The notes under the pieces: generated by a model
Seen by the model: only the letters and a program-made list of their open reading frames with translations
The model's database searches: none
Told to the model about the DNA's origin: nothing
Part shown: positions 23,560 through 36,525 of the stretch, one piece after another
Position numbering within the stretch: position 1 is the stretch's first letter
Layout of the letters: each line of letters begins with the position of its first letter
Program-made: the position numbers and the translations under genes
Assembly (NCBI GenBank): GCA_965240325.2
Contig: OZ251230.1
Coordinates: 2,232,001-2,296,000, forward strand
Source of the DNA: Rebecca billardiae RCC1528
Taxonomy: Eukaryota > Protista > Haptophyta
DNA length: 64,000 nt
Direction: 5' to 3'

Positions 23560-26500
23560 TCATTGGAACGACGTGCTCGCTGCGGACTCGGACCCGACCG
23601 AGTTGGCCATGGACGTGGCCGTGTCGTCGCCGTAGTGCTGCGCGCGCCGTACCTTCTCGAGCCCGCGCTGCAGCCATTCGTGCAGGGCCTGCTGCGGGTG
23701 GCCGTCCTGAGGCGGCGGCGCGGCGCGCGGCGGCGAGCGCAGCCTGCTCGGCGGCGGCACGGCGGCGAGCGCTCGCTCGCTGCGCTGCTGCAGCGTCGCC
23801 TGCCGCCGCTGCAGCTCCTCCACAAAGCTGCTCGGAGGCTGCGCGCTCGCGGCGCCTGTCGCGGAAGTCGTCGGCGGCGGCGGAGCACGGTGCCGGCTGG
23901 GTGCGGCCGCCGAGCGCGCCGCGGCCGCGGCTGCGGCCTGCTGCGCGAGCGAGGCCGGCGGCGGCGGCGGCGCGGGTTGTCGCGGTGCGGCGGCACTCGT
24001 CAACGGTGGCGCCAGTGCCACCGATGGCGCTGGCGGCTTCGCCGGTGGCGGCGGCGGCGGCGGCGCTGGCGGGGCGGCGGCGCGCGGCGGCGCCTCGCCC
24101 GTTGGAGGCTGCGCGCCGCTCAGCGCCGCGGCCGCGCCGGGCGGCAGCTGCCGCTTGACCAGCTGCTCGAAGAGCTCGAGGCTGAGCGCCTCCGTGGCGA
24201 TCTCGCTGCCCGGCTGCGCGCCCGCCGTCTGCGCGCGCTGCGTGATCTGCGTGATCAGCTGGCGCATCTCATCCAGGCTCAGGGTGGGCGCGCCGCTCGG
24301 CGCCGCGCCGCCGGGCGCCGAGCCGCCCGCGCCGCCCGCCTCCGCCTCCGGCGGCTGCAGAAACGGATGCGCCAGGAGCTGCGGGATAGTTGGGCGCGCC
24401 TCGGGCTCGCGGCGCAGGCACGACTGCGCGGCGCGGTGCGTCGGCGCGGGCGGCATCGCCCGCGCGGCACCGCGACTCAGCCGCGGCACTCGAGTCGCGC
24501 GCCCGGCGCCAAGCGCGCCCCGTGTCCCCCGCGCGCGCGCGCGCGCCCTTCCGAGCGCGCGACCGCGCGCGTGAGAGCGTGCGCGCACCCTGAGCACGTC
24601 CATCAGCTGTGCGTTCGGGATCGGCTTGAAGTCGATCTTGTAGGCGGGGTCGGCGATGGCGCGGAGCCGCATCAGCAGGTTCTTCTCGTGCTCGAAGGGC
24701 GTGCGGCCGTATGTCATGGCATACAGGATGCAGCCCAGCGACCAAATGTCGGACGGTCGACCGAGCTGCGCGCGCGCGGCGCGCGTGGCGCGGGGACGTG
24801 GCGGGGGCGGCGGCGTGGGCGCAAGCGCAGGCGCGGAGAGGCGTGAGCGCGGCACGCCGCGGCCGGCTCGCACGGCGTCCCGCCACGCGCTCGACAGGCA
24901 GCACGGCTGCACGGCGACACGGATGCATGCTTCCTTTTCTGCTGCTGTTCCTTTTCCGTTTTCCGTTTGGCGTCTGCACGCGCGTACACGCGCGTGCGCA
25001 CAGCGTACGCGCGCGTGCGCACAGCGTACGCGCGCGTGCGCACAGCGTACGCGTGCGCACACCTTGAGCTGACCGTTGTACCGACCGCTCATGTCCGAGA
25101 TGGACTCGGGCGACATGTAGTTGACCGTGCCCACCTGGTTGTCGCGCACGATGTTGGTCGTGTCCGCGCTGATCGCCTTGGCGATCCCGAAGTCGATCAG
25201 CTTGAGCGAGCCCTGCGCGGCGTGGGCGGGCGGCGCACGGCGCGGCGCGCGCGCGCCCACCGCGCAGCACAGCAGCGCATCAGCAGGGCCGCGCGCGCGC
25301 CGCGCCCCCGGTGCGCGCGCGCGCGCGGCAGCGCCCCGCCAGCCGCCTCCCTCCGCGCTTCCGCGCTGCCCGCGCGCGCACCTGCACCGAGAGGAAGTTC
25401 GCCGGCTTCAGGTCCGAGTGCACCACGCGCTTCTCGTGCAGCTCATGCACGGCAGTGAGCATCTGCTGCCAGTACATGCCGACGAAGTTGTGGTTGAAGC
25501 CCTTGCCCTGCTGGCGCTGCAGCAGCGTGGCGAGGTCGATCTCGCCGTGCTCCATCACGATGAACGCCACCTCCGCGCCGTCGTCCACCTCCGCGCCCAC
25601 CAGCTTGATGATGTGCTCGTTGTGCTGCAGCGATCTCAGCAGCGAGATCTCGTTTCGCACGTTGGCGCGGAACGCTTCGTCCTGCGCCTCAAAGCGCACG
25701 CGCTTGAGCGCGAGGATCTCCTTGGTCTGCACGTCCATTACCTTGTACACCTTGCTCGTGCCGCCACGCCCGATCAGCGCGAGCCGCGCGTACCGCCGCC
25801 CCGCGACGGTGAAGTCCGCTTCGGCCGCGCCGCCGGGCGCGGCGGGCGGCGCGGCGCGCGCAGGCGGCGGCGCGGGCGCCGCGTCGCGAGTGGCGGCGGC
25901 GCCGCCGCCGCCGGCCGCGCTCGGCGCGTGCGCGTGCGCGCACGCGGGCGGCGCGGCAGGCGCGTGCGCGCGCGTGGGTGCGGCCGCGTGCGCCGCGGCG
26001 TGCGAGCTCTGCTGCGCATGCGGCGTGCCCGCGCTCGGCGTCCGAGCACCCGGCGCCTCGTGCCGAGCTGGCGGCAGCGCGGTCGGAGCGGCCACCTGAG
26101 CCGTGTGCCCATCCGCCGCGGTGCCGCCTGTCAGGGGCGTTGTCTGCGCGCCGCGCGCGAAGGCACCGGCCGACGACGCCGGGGCAGGCGTCGTTGGCGG
26201 CGGCGCGACCAGGCTCGCACCGTGCGCGGCGCTCGCGAGCGCCGCGGACACGCCACCCGCCGCGCCGCCAGCGCTCGCCGAGGAGGGCTGGAGTGAGCCC
26301 GTGGCGCGGTGCAGGAGGCCCGGCGTAACCGCCGGCGTAACCGCCGGGGCCGGCGTCACCGCCGGCCCCGGCGTGGCCTCCGCCGAGAGCACCGAGTGGT
26401 GCGTGCTGCTCGCGAGCGACTTGCGCGAGCCCGCCGACTTGGAGGAGGGCGAGGACGACGACGGCGTGTGCTCCTCCGTAATCATCCCGAGCCCGAGCCC

Positions 26501-28409
26501 CTCCTGCTCGTCGGCGCACGCGTCGCCCGCGCCGCCGGCGAGCTCGACAGCGCGACTGCTCTCAGCGCCGTCCGCGTGCTCGGGCGCAGCGCGCGCGGCG
26601 AGTGGCGTGCGCGGCTGCTGCTCGCTCGGTGCACCGCCGCGCGGCGTGAGCGTGGCTGCCTCTGCGAGAGCTGGCGGCGCAGAGAGCGCCGCCCGCCTCG
26701 AGCTGTCGACAGCGGGCCGCGTGAAGCTCACTGCCGAGCCTAGACCGGCCGCGGAGCTCGCCCCGGCTGCGAGGCTGGCCGGAGCCGGCTCCGGGCCGCG
26801 CGCCAAAGGCTGCGACGGGGGCGCGGGCGCAGGCGGTGGCACCGCGGGCGCGCGCTCGGCGAGTGGCGGCAGACCGGCCAGCCCACGCGCGCCGCCCGCC
26901 GCTGCCACGCCCGCCGGCTTGGCTGCCGATGTCGCCCCCGCCGCCGCCGCCGCCTCGGCGGCCGCCGCCGCGCGCGCAGCCGTCTCAGCCTCAATCTTGG
27001 CACGCTCCTCGGCGGTGATGCGCCGCGCGGGGCCACCGGAGAGGCCCAGCCGGGTGAAGGCTTTCCGAGGCTTGGCAGAGGCGGCGCCTGGCGCGGCGGC
27101 GGCCGCTGGCGACGGCGCGGTTGCCGGCGGCTGCGTGCTCCGACCGGGCGGCGCGGGCGCCGCCGCGGCTGGCGCGGGCGCGGATGGTGCCGGCGCCGCA
27201 GGCAGCGGTGGCGCGCGCGGTGTGCCCGCCTTCTCCGCCGGCGTGACGGGCGGCGCAGTGCGGACGGCGGCCCCAGCAGCGGCGGCCGAGCCGGCGTGCG
27301 GCGCACCGGCGCCAGCCGCCGGCGCCGCCTCAGCCTGCTGTCGGGGTCTCTGCTTGAAGACCACCGTCGCCTCCTCCGTCGACGCCCGGCGCGAGGGATC
27401 GGCCGGGCTCGGCGCGACCGCGCGACGCGCGCCCGACGCGAGGCCGGAGCTCTCGCTCACGCCCACGCCACGCGGAGTGGCCGCCGCCACGGCGCCACCG
27501 GCGGAGGGCGTGCGCAGCACCGGCGCCGCGGCCGGCGTGGACGGCGGCGCGCCGACGGCGGCGGGCGTCGCGGGCAGCGCGGTCGAGACCGCCCGCCCGC
27601 CCTTCATGAAGACGACGGTGTCCTCGTCGTCCGCGGGCGGCCCCGCGCTCGAGGGCACCCGGCGCTCCTCCGCCACCGGCTGCGAGGGCGTGCGCGCCCC
27701 CGCGAGGCCGCGTGCGCGCCCCTTCTGACGAATCTCCTCCGCCTTGGCCGCGTGGCCGTGCGCGCTCTCAAAGCTCGCCCACGCGGCGTAGAAGTCGGCG
27801 CAGTCGACGCCGATGCGCGCGTTCTTCATGTACTTGAAGGTGTACCGCGCGTCCATCTCGGACGTCTCGCTGCGCGCGGCGCGGGGTCGCGCACGTGGCG
27901 GCGCTGGCGACACTGAGCGCGCGCGCGGCGCGGCGGTGGCAACGCATCGGCGCGGCGCTCGAGCAGGCCTCACACCTCTGCAGGCGCGCGTAGCCAATCC
28001 AGACGGCGATGTAGTCGGGGTGCGCGTGGAACTCGTCCGACATCGCCTTCGTCGCGTGCGAGTACCCGACCAGGAGCTGGCGCACCCGCGCGAGCCGCTC
28101 CGAACGATCGCTCACTTCCGCCAGTCGCCGCTCCTCCTCCTCGCGCCGTAGCAGCGTCAGCCATGGCGTCGGCGTGTGCGGCGCGCGGCGCACCTCGCTC
28201 ACGAGCGCGTCACGCGCGTGGCCGAGGCGAAGCGCTTGCCCCACGAGATTGTCCAGCGTCTGCGTGAGGCTGGCCGAGTCCCCGAGCGCGATCGCGGGCG
28301 ACGCGGCCGCGCGTGACGTGCTCGGCGCTTTGGCTGCCGGCGTGGGCATCATGTTCTCCTTGTCGGCGATGGGCCGGACGGCGGCGGCATGGTCCACGTG
28401 GATGGTCAT
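23560..28409 (-). CDS. MPS1: Mps1/TTK dual-specificity spindle-checkpoint kinase with N-terminal KEN box and Bub1/Mad3-like TPR region, multi-exon
   Basis: IGRGGTSKVYKV, MEHGEIDL, YWQQMLTAV, HSDLKPANFL, LKLIDFGIAKAISADTTNIVRDNQVGTVNYMSPE and SDIWSLGCILY. The N-terminus has DKEN and FKYMKNARIGVDCADFYAAWASFE. Confidence 0.93.
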
Positions 28410-28723
28410 TGGTGTCGCGTGATGAGCGCTCCAGGGCCGCTCGGGCCGGCGCGCGCGCGAGAGTCAGGCTCGGGCGTCGGCCACGGGCCTCGGCGGGCGG
28501 GGCTCCGATCAGCAGGCGCCGCCACCCTGAATTTGCGAGGTCGCCGATTGATCAGCATTTGAACGCGTTTCGCGCCAGCGAGTCGGAGCCGGACACGCTG
28601 CGGCGGCGGCGGCCCGGACTTGATCGAGAGCTACCGGCGCAGCGCTGTCCGCGCGTAGCTTCTGGACCGCCTTGCCGCGGCAGTCTCACGCCCGCGCGCT
28701 CGGGCCGTCGTCCGCCCTGCGTG

Positions 28724-29336
28724 ATGTGGTCGTTGGCCTCGGCGAGGCAGCTGGCGCGGCCGGCGTCGCACGTGCTGCGCCGTTCAAACCAGCAGGCGGC
28801 GGCCGAGTCGCACAAGTTCGACCCCACCGACAAGCTGCGGCGAGCACTGCTGTACCGCAGCAAGCAGCGCGGTGCGCGCGCGCTACGCGCTGCAATGAGC
28901 GCACGGATGGACGTGCTCCGCGGGCCAGCAGGCAGCCCACGCGCGCGCGCGCGCACGCGCCGACTCGCCCTGCACCGGCGCAGGCTGGCTCGAGATGGAC
29001 ATCATGCTCGGCAATTGGGCGAGCAAGAATCTTTCGAGCATGGATGAGCCCAAGCTGCAACAGTTTGCTGAGGTGCTCGAGCAGGAGAACCCCGAGCTCT
29101 TCAAGTGGCTGACGGCGCAGGCGCCCGTTCCGCCAGAGGTGCGCGCCCGCTCTGCGCCGCCGAGCTCGTCGCACCGCGCGCGACTCACGGACAGCGCATG
29201 CCGCCGCGGTCGGCGCACCTCGCAGGCGGACAGCGAAGTGATGCGCATGATCTGCAGTGACCTGAAGGCGTCCATGAACGAGTACGCCACCGTGCGCAGT
29301 CCGAACGGGAGCTGGGAAGGCAAGGTCTGGGAGTAG
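28724..29336 (+). CDS. SDHAF2: Succinate dehydrogenase assembly factor 2 (Sdh5), mitochondrial, 2 introns
   Basis: LLYRSKQRG/WLEMDIMLG...VLEQENPELFKWLT, preceded by an Arg-rich presequence. Confidence 0.92.
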
Positions 29337-29839
29337 GCCCCGGTGACATGCCACCTGGCCCGCATGGCGGATGGTCATTGGTCGCGCGGACCGTCCGCGC
29401 GAACTCGCCCAACGGCGGTGAATATGGACGACGTAATACGTAGTCGTGACGAATCTGCTGGCGGCGGCCCGGGGCCGGGCCCGGGTGGCGGGGCCCGGAC
29501 GCACCGCCGCCGGGGCGCATCCGAAGTCATCTACACGGCCGGAAGTCGCAAAGCTGCAACGCACATTCGCGACACGGCACACCACGACTCAGTGTTGCAC
29601 CGTTCAGTGCTGAAACGTAGCCTCATCAGAGCAGACCTGTCAGAGTCAAGGCAGCTCGCCGGCGCATGAATGAACGGTCATCCGTGAAGCGCGGGTCACT
29701 GTCCGGTGAACCGTCGGCGTCGCTCGACCAGCCAAATGCCGCCGGCAACCGCCTTGCCCTCGTGCGAGCGTGCGGCACGAGGTAGTCCGTATGCCCTTGA
29801 GTGGGTCGACGCGTTTCGCCGCACGCGGATGCAACTCCC

Positions 29840-30061
29840 TCACTGCTGAGCTGCTTGCGCACCGGCGCTGGTGTTCCAGGGCTTGCTGGGGTGACGGCTC
29901 AAGATGTAGGAGAATCGATCCATGCTCTCGCCAGTGGCCTCGTTGAACAGGGGCGAGCCGCCCGCGTACATCGTGTCGGCTGCATCGCCGTACGTGTTCA
30001 GGCCGTTGGCTGTGATCCACGCCTCGATGGCCTTCTGCTCGTCCTCGGAGGGCGGCGCCAT
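29840..30061 (-). CDS. Small (73 aa) conserved-looking hypothetical protein
   Basis: Single exon with coding-like codon usage: IEAWITANGLNTYGDAADTMYAGGSPLFNEATGESMDRFSYILSRHPSKPW. Confidence 0.75.
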   Translation of the reverse strand: MAPPSEDEQKAIEAWITANGLNTYGDAADTMYAGGSPLFNEATGESMDRFSYILSRHPSKPWNTSAGAQAAQQ

Positions 30062-30709
30062 CGTTCGCTGCTGGTCCGAGCCGCAACCAAGTGTCCACAA
30101 GGTGATCATGCATTTTGGACTATTGCTTGGAAAATGAAACTCACTTAATCAGTATCGGCAATGGCGGACGCGATCTGCTTGCCCGCGCGCCCACGAGGCA
30201 CGAGGCGGTTGGCGCGAGTTCGACGCTGTCGATCGTGGACGTGATGGCATTCATCTGCAGGAAACGCACATGGCGTCGTTATAGCGCGTTCGAACCTCGT
30301 CTCCGTGGGCACTCTGAGTCTGACATGTTACACCGACCGCCGTTCTCAACCCGCCGTCCCGCCGGGTCGCGGACCGCGCAGCCGGCGGCAGTCTAAGCTA
30401 ATAAAGTGTGCGGTGGGCTGTGTGAATCCGCGGCGGGCTCGAAGGGCCGGCCGGCGCAGTCACGGCCGCGCAGCGTCAAAGTTCTAGCGCTAGCTCTAAA
30501 CTCACCGAGTCTCGGGCGACGCAAACCGCAAGCCTTCATGTCCATGACGGTTCACATCCGCGCCGATCCGCGGCGGCCCGCGCGGGCGCGGGCTCACTGG
30601 CGGCCCCCGTCGGCATCGTCCAGACCACGCGGCGCGGGCGGCGCGGCCCGAGCTGACGCAGAGGGATCGAGACATGGCGTAGTAGGCTAGGCACGCTCTG
30701 CTGTCTGCA

Positions 30710-33700
30710 TCAGGCGGCCACGACTTGTCTAGGGTTGTGCTTGCATTTGTGCACCTGCCGATGGCGCGGACGCGCCACAGCCGCGGGCGTCAGCGTGCGC
30801 ACGCGCGACGGGCGCGCGCGCCCGCGGCGCGCCGCGCGCGCGCGCACCAGCAGGTGATCGTTCCACCCCTCGTCGTCGGCGGGCACCGCCTCCGCGCACA
30901 GCGGGCACGTGCCCTCGGCGATGCCCCGCGCCTCGCTCGGCGCCTCCGCGTTCTCGCACTCCGAGAGCAGGTGCTCTCTCAAGAAGGAGATCTCGACGAC
31001 CTGGTCGCACATCGTGCACGGCATCAGCATCGGGCAGTCGCGCCAGAAGTGCATGTCCAGCGTCTCGTCGTCGAAGCTCGGGTCGTGCCGCCCGCAGAAC
31101 TGGCATGTGTGCTCCGCGCCCGCCTCCTCCGCGCCGTCCGCGCCCGAGGCCCCGTCCGCGCCCGCGTCCGGCCGCCGTGCCCACCCTCGCAGTTTGGACG
31201 TGGACGAGAGCAGCGGGTTGGCGCCGTCCGCGGCGTCGGCGGCGTCGGACTCGTCCTCCGCGCCCTCCCCCGCGCCCGGCGTGCGCAGCAGCCCGCGCGC
31301 GCTGCGCGAGCCGCTGCCCGTGCCGGCGCCGCGGCTCGCGCTCAACCCTCGGCCCGTCGATCGCGCGTCATCCTCGTCGCCCTCGGCGATCTCCGAGAGC
31401 GCCGGCCGCTGCCCGCCGACGGGCGTGGCCGCGAGCGCCTCCTCCTCCTCGTCGCCGTGCAGGCTGCGCTCGGCGTCCACCTCGTCGAACACCGACTGCA
31501 GCGACTCGCGCTGCTTCGGCTTCAGCCCCTCGAGGAACCAGCCCAGAGAGTCGGGCTCGACGACGCGATAGACCTCGCGCGCGACGTCCGCGGCGCGCGC
31601 GCGCACGCTCGCGTTTGGCGAGTCGAACGCGGCCTTGACGAAGTCGAGGGCGCGCTCGAGCGGCACGTTCGAGCCGAACTCGGCGACGAGCTGCGCGAGC
31701 AGGGAGAGCCGGCCGACCAGCCCGTACACGTCTCCGGACTTCTTGAGCGGCGCGCTCGCGTGCGCGCCGAGCGACTCGATCGAGATCGCGCCTCGGCGGC
31801 AGAGGCCGAGCAGCGCGCCCTCCGACGCCTCGCGCACGCGCACGTTCGAGTCCGCCGTCTTGTGCAGCCACGGCAGCACGATCGGCTCGACCTGCTGCGC
31901 CACCTCCGCGGGCTTGAGCCCTGCGCCCAGCTGCAGCACGTCGTGGATCATCTCGAGCGAGGCAAGATACACCTGGGGGCCGGCGGGGGCGGCGGGGGCC
32001 GGCGGGCGCCGGCGGCGCGGGGCGCGGGGCGGCCGGTGGGCGTGTCATCGCCCGCGCGTCGAGGCCGTGCCGGCCGGCCGCGCGCAGCAGCTCCGCCGGC
32101 CGGCCGACCGCGCGGCGCCGGACGCCCGCGCGCGTGCCGCACACGCACCTGCGCGATCTTGTCGTGCGCGCACTTGCGCAGCACGCGCATCGCCGCTCGC
32201 AGCGCCACGAGCGCGTTGTGTTTCTCGGTGAGAGTCGGGAGCACATCTCTGAGCCGGTGCAGCGCCGCCTGCCGCAGCATCCACACCTTCGAGTAGAGGC
32301 ACTGCGGCGGTGCGCGCGCGCACGCAGGCACAGCCACACACACACAGACAGACAGAGAGAGAGAGCGAGAGCGAGTACAGCACACAGCACGCAGCACACA
32401 ACCGCACGCAGCACACAACCGCACACAGCACACAGCGCGCGCAGCGCAGGCGGCGGCGCGCGCGCGCGCACGGGGGCGGAGGGCGCGCCGCGTGAGTGGT
32501 CGGCCGACGCTCGCCGCCACGGCAGCCGCGCGGGAGCGCACCTGCACGGTGAACTCGCCGAAGACCTCGATCATCACCGCCGCCTCCGCCTCGTCGGCGC
32601 GCGACAGCGGCTCCGGCGCTGGCAGGTCGCCGAAAGCGGCGCTTCCGGCCGCGTCTGCGAGTGGCGGCGGGCTGCCGCCGTCCGGCATGCCGTCGACGGC
32701 GTACGCGTCGGCGGGCTTGGGCAGCGCGCGCTCGTCGTATTCCTGCTGCGTCACGGCGCGCGGCGTCGACGGCCCGCCGGGCGTGCCGCCCACCACGCCG
32801 TTCGCGGCGCCGTCGGTGCCGAGGCCGTCGCGCGCGCCGTGGCCATGCGGCGAGGCGCTCGCGATTGCGGCCGTTGCGGCGTCGGGCGCGCTCGCGACGT
32901 GCGGCGGCGCGGGGTCGAAGGCACTGGTGGGCCTGGACAGCTCCGCGTGGAAGCTCCCGCCGGCCGACGGCGGGCCCGCCACCTGCGGCGGCACCGGCGG
33001 CGGCGGCGGCGCGCCGATGCCTTCGCGAGTCGCCCAGTCTGCGGACGGCGGCCGGCGCTCTGGCGAGGCCGGCTGCTGCGCTGCGGGCTGCTCAGGCTCG
33101 TCCTCGACGAGGCCGGCGAGCAGGTTGGCGTTGGCGCGGAGCACGTCCACCTCCTCCTTCAGCCGCTTCGCCTCGTCGTAGTCCTCGCGCTGCACCGCCG
33201 CGCGCTTCTGCATCTCGAGGGCGGAGATTTGCTCGCCCGCAAGCTGCAGCTCGCCCAGAGCGCCTTTGAGACGCTTCGCCTCGTCATAGTCCTCGCGGTC
33301 GATGGCGCGCGCCTTGGCCTCCTCGAGCCGTCGCATCTGCGCCTGCGTCGTCGCGTCGACCGGCCGCGTCGACCGCCCCGCCTGGAACGGCTTCGCCGTC
33401 ACCGGCGGCGGCGGGCCCGAGCCGCCGCCGCCCGCGCGCGCGGGCGGCGGCGGCACGTCCGCCGTGCCCGCGCCGTACCCGAGAGCGGGCGCGAGCGGGA
33501 TGTGCTCGCCCGCGCCGCTGCCGTGCACGCGGATGGCGAGGATGCCGACCTGGCCGTACATGTTCAGCTCGTTGATGTGGCACTTGTGCAGCTGCAAGCG
33601 CAGCATCGTCGCCGCCGTCTGAAGGTAGACGGTCTTCAGCTCGCGCGCGCGGTAGCGGGAGCGCGCGTTCGGGTCGAGGGAGAAGTGGCCGAGGCGCTCG

Positions 33701-34002
33701 AAGCTGGCGGCGCTGGCGCCGGCGAGCGTGGCGGGCTCCTTGCTCGCGTGCAGCTCGACGCGCGACGGGATCTTGTACTGGTGGCACAGCAGCTGCAGCT
33801 GCGCGATGTGCACGAGCCCTTCGAACCGCAGAACAATCTCCTGCGGGAAGGGCGCAAAGTGCGCGCTCTGCCAGCCGCGAGACTGGGCGCTCGAGTCGTG
33901 CAGCTCGCGCGCCGGGTGCTCGTCGTCCTCCGACGAGCACGAGACGACGACGAAGCGCAGGGGCCGCGCGCCGGGCACGCTGGGCGGTTGGCCCCCAGCC
34001 AT
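30710..34002 (-). CDS. CEP104: Centrosomal protein CEP104 (jelly-roll, coiled coils, TOG, zinc fingers), multi-exon
   Basis: SSEDDEHPAREL...RGWQS...FPQEIVLRF...QLLCHQYKIPSRVEL; KARAIDREDYDEAKRLK; TOG-like helices; CQFCG...LDMHFWRDCPMLMPCTMCDQVVEISFLREHLLSEC. Confidence 0.93.
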
Positions 34003-34231
34003 GTCGCGCGGCGATCAGGATGGCGGGCCACGCGTGTGAGCTCGCCAACCGTTAGGAAGCAAGCAGGCTCAGCTCGCTGCTGCGCGCTCGCTGCGTCCGG
34101 CAGCGGGTGGGCGCCCTGAACGGCGGGTGGCCGAGCCGGAAGTCGTTGCCGTTCCTGATGACCAGGGATCCCCGTCCAGACAAGGCGGGATCTCCACCGG
34201 CCGCCGCAACAAAGCAAGGCACCGGGCAATC

Positions 34232-34618
34232 ATGGCGGACCATCTGGAGACAGTGTGCGGCGAGCTCGTGCTCAAGGGTTGGTCGAAGACCTTCGAGTCG
34301 TGGAACGCAGGCGGCTCAAATTACTACGTGCTCAACCTCGACAGCGGCGATCGGCTGTCGGCGGCGCCTGACCTCATGACGGTCATTCTGCGCCCGACGC
34401 CCGAGTTTCCGTTGATGCGCATCGACGAGCTCGACGTCGGGAGCCCGGGCCACGCATGCGTCGTCGGCGAATACGTAGAAGGCACGCCCTACGTCCCGCA
34501 GCATCCCTGGGAGCAGTATCCCATCGACGGCTTTGGCAATCCTGCCTCGCGCGGCTCTGGCCTGCGAGTGCACAACATCACGACCTCGCGTGAGGCCGCT
34601 GCTGCGGTGCCGATCTGA
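34232..34618 (+). CDS. Hypothetical 128-aa single-exon protein
   Basis: Globular-looking sequence GELVLKGWSKTFESWNAGGSNYYVL...GEYVEGTPY...EQYP...RGSGLRV, transcribed divergently from CEP104. Confidence 0.6.
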   Translation: MADHLETVCGELVLKGWSKTFESWNAGGSNYYVLNLDSGDRLSAAPDLMTVILRPTPEFPLMRIDELDVGSPGHACVVGEYVEGTPYVPQHPWEQYPIDGFGNPASRGSGLRVHNITTSREAAAAVPI

Positions 34619-35508
34619 CGGCTGTGAGCCACGTCCCGACAGGTCAGACGGGGGCTGTCCGGCCCTTATTCTACTGCCGCCTCGACCATCGGCAAGCTTG
34701 AGTCACCGCATCCAAGCGAGCCGGGCCGGGGAAGCCCAGGCCCTGCGGCTGCAGCTGGCCGAGCTACGGTGCTGCAGTTCGACCTTCAGCACGCCGTCAT
34801 CGCTCAATGATGCTGCCTGTTTTTTCAATTTGTTTTTAAAGTCGATCTTCAGCCAAGCTGCCGCCGCCGTCCATCGCTGCTCCACCAATGTGAATGTCAC
34901 TGTCAGCACTCAGCACATAGTTACATAGCGTTACAGTTAGACATATCGAATTCAATAATGAAATCTAATTTCCGTTATGATCTAATCACTACTCTAAGTG
35001 ACTTAACTGGCAGTCAATTGACTGAAGGCGCGGCGGCGTCAAGTTGTTCGTCCGGTGAATATAAGAAGAAGTCGTTCAAGACCAAGTCAGGCCCAAGGCC
35101 AAGTGGATCGCGCATGCCGCTGATGCCGTGCGCGTCAAGCCGGGAAGGGAGGATCGTGCGTGCCGCAGGCGCGTCCTCAAGGGCCGTCGGTCGCCACGTG
35201 CGGCGCTCGCCGTCGCCGTATTTGGATCCTCGCGTCGTCAAGTTCGTCGCGAAGAAGAAGAAGTCGCTCAAGACCAAGCCACGCCCAAGCGAGTCTCGCA
35301 TGCCGCGGGTGTTGTGCGCGTCAAGCCGGGAAGGGGTCGTGCGTGCCGCAGGCGGCGCGTCCTCGAGGGGTCGGTCGCCACGTGCGGCGCTCGTCGGCGG
35401 AGAGAAGTGCACCGGCCGGCCGTGCCGACAGCCGACGCCAAGGTGCAGCACTTGCAAGGCTCAGGCCGAGGGTGTCACGAGGCAAGCGGGGGCGGGGTGG
35501 CAAGCACG

Positions 35509-35854
35509 TCAAGCAAGATCGTCGGCCGTGAGGAGGAATAAGCTCGTCTCGGCAAAGTCGTCGCCATCCAAGGTCGCGCCAGGCGCGCCGGCCTGCAGGG
35601 CATGCTGCCAGTCGCCATCAAGCAGAAGTCCAAGCCGGTCGACGTCGCCCAGACTCAAGGCGGCCGGCTGGTCGAGGCGCGCGCGCAGCTGGCGGATGTC
35701 CTCGTCTTGCTGCGCCATCTCCTGGCGCAGTCGGTCCTGGTTCGCCTGCATGCGCTCGAGCTCCACCGCCATCTGCTCGATCTGCTCGGCAGCCGGCGGC
35801 TCGGTCCAGCCGGCCTCGGGCTTGCAGCCGAGCGGCTCGGCCAGCACCTCCTGC

Positions 35855-35885
<31 letters not shown>

Positions 35886-36525
35886 GCGTGGCGGCGGCGT
35901 TGACGGCCTCGAGCCTCCGCCGCTCCCGCTGCCTCCTCTTGATCTCCGCGTCCCTCTGGCGCTTCTCCTCGTCGCCCTTGGGATCCTCGCGCTTGGGCAG
36001 GATGTACGTGAGCTTGCCGTTCTTCGGGCCGCCGGTGCACACCTCGAAAAGCTCTGGGAGCACCTCGGCCGCACCCGCCGAGAACTCCAGGAGCGCGTCC
36101 TCGGTCCACTCCAAGGTGCGCGCAAGCTTGGGCGCGCGTCGCCTGTGCAAAGTCCACTCGTCTGGGTCGCGCACAAGCGGTGTGGGCGGGCCGTCGGCCG
36201 ACTGCGCGGCGCGTCGCGCACAAGGGGGCGGCAAGGCAAGGGTCAGGAGGGCGCACGGTCGAACGCGCGAGGAGCCGTGCGAAGTCCAAGCCCTCAAGCC
36301 CACCCGCCCACCGCGCCCCCTCTTCCCACACGTCACCGCGGCGGTTCCAAGTGCGTGCGCGCGCTTCGAACGGAATGGGCGTGCGCGTGCGCGCAGGACA
36401 AGGGCGCGCTCCGAGGGGGCCAAGCGTACCTCCAGTGGGGAAGAAGCAGAAGCGAAGCCATCTGCGCTCGGCTCCGACTCGGAGGCGGCTGCGTCAAGTT
36501 CGTAGCAAGAGCGCGAGCGCTTCAT
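35509..36525 (-). CDS. Hypothetical protein, 'GAAEVLP-CTGG' family paralogue 1 (basic region + coiled coil + acidic tail)
   Basis: MKRSRSC...SPLE|intron|...WTEDALLEFSAGAAEVLPELFEVCTGG...KRQRDAEIKRRQRERRR...coiled coil. Confidence 0.65.
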
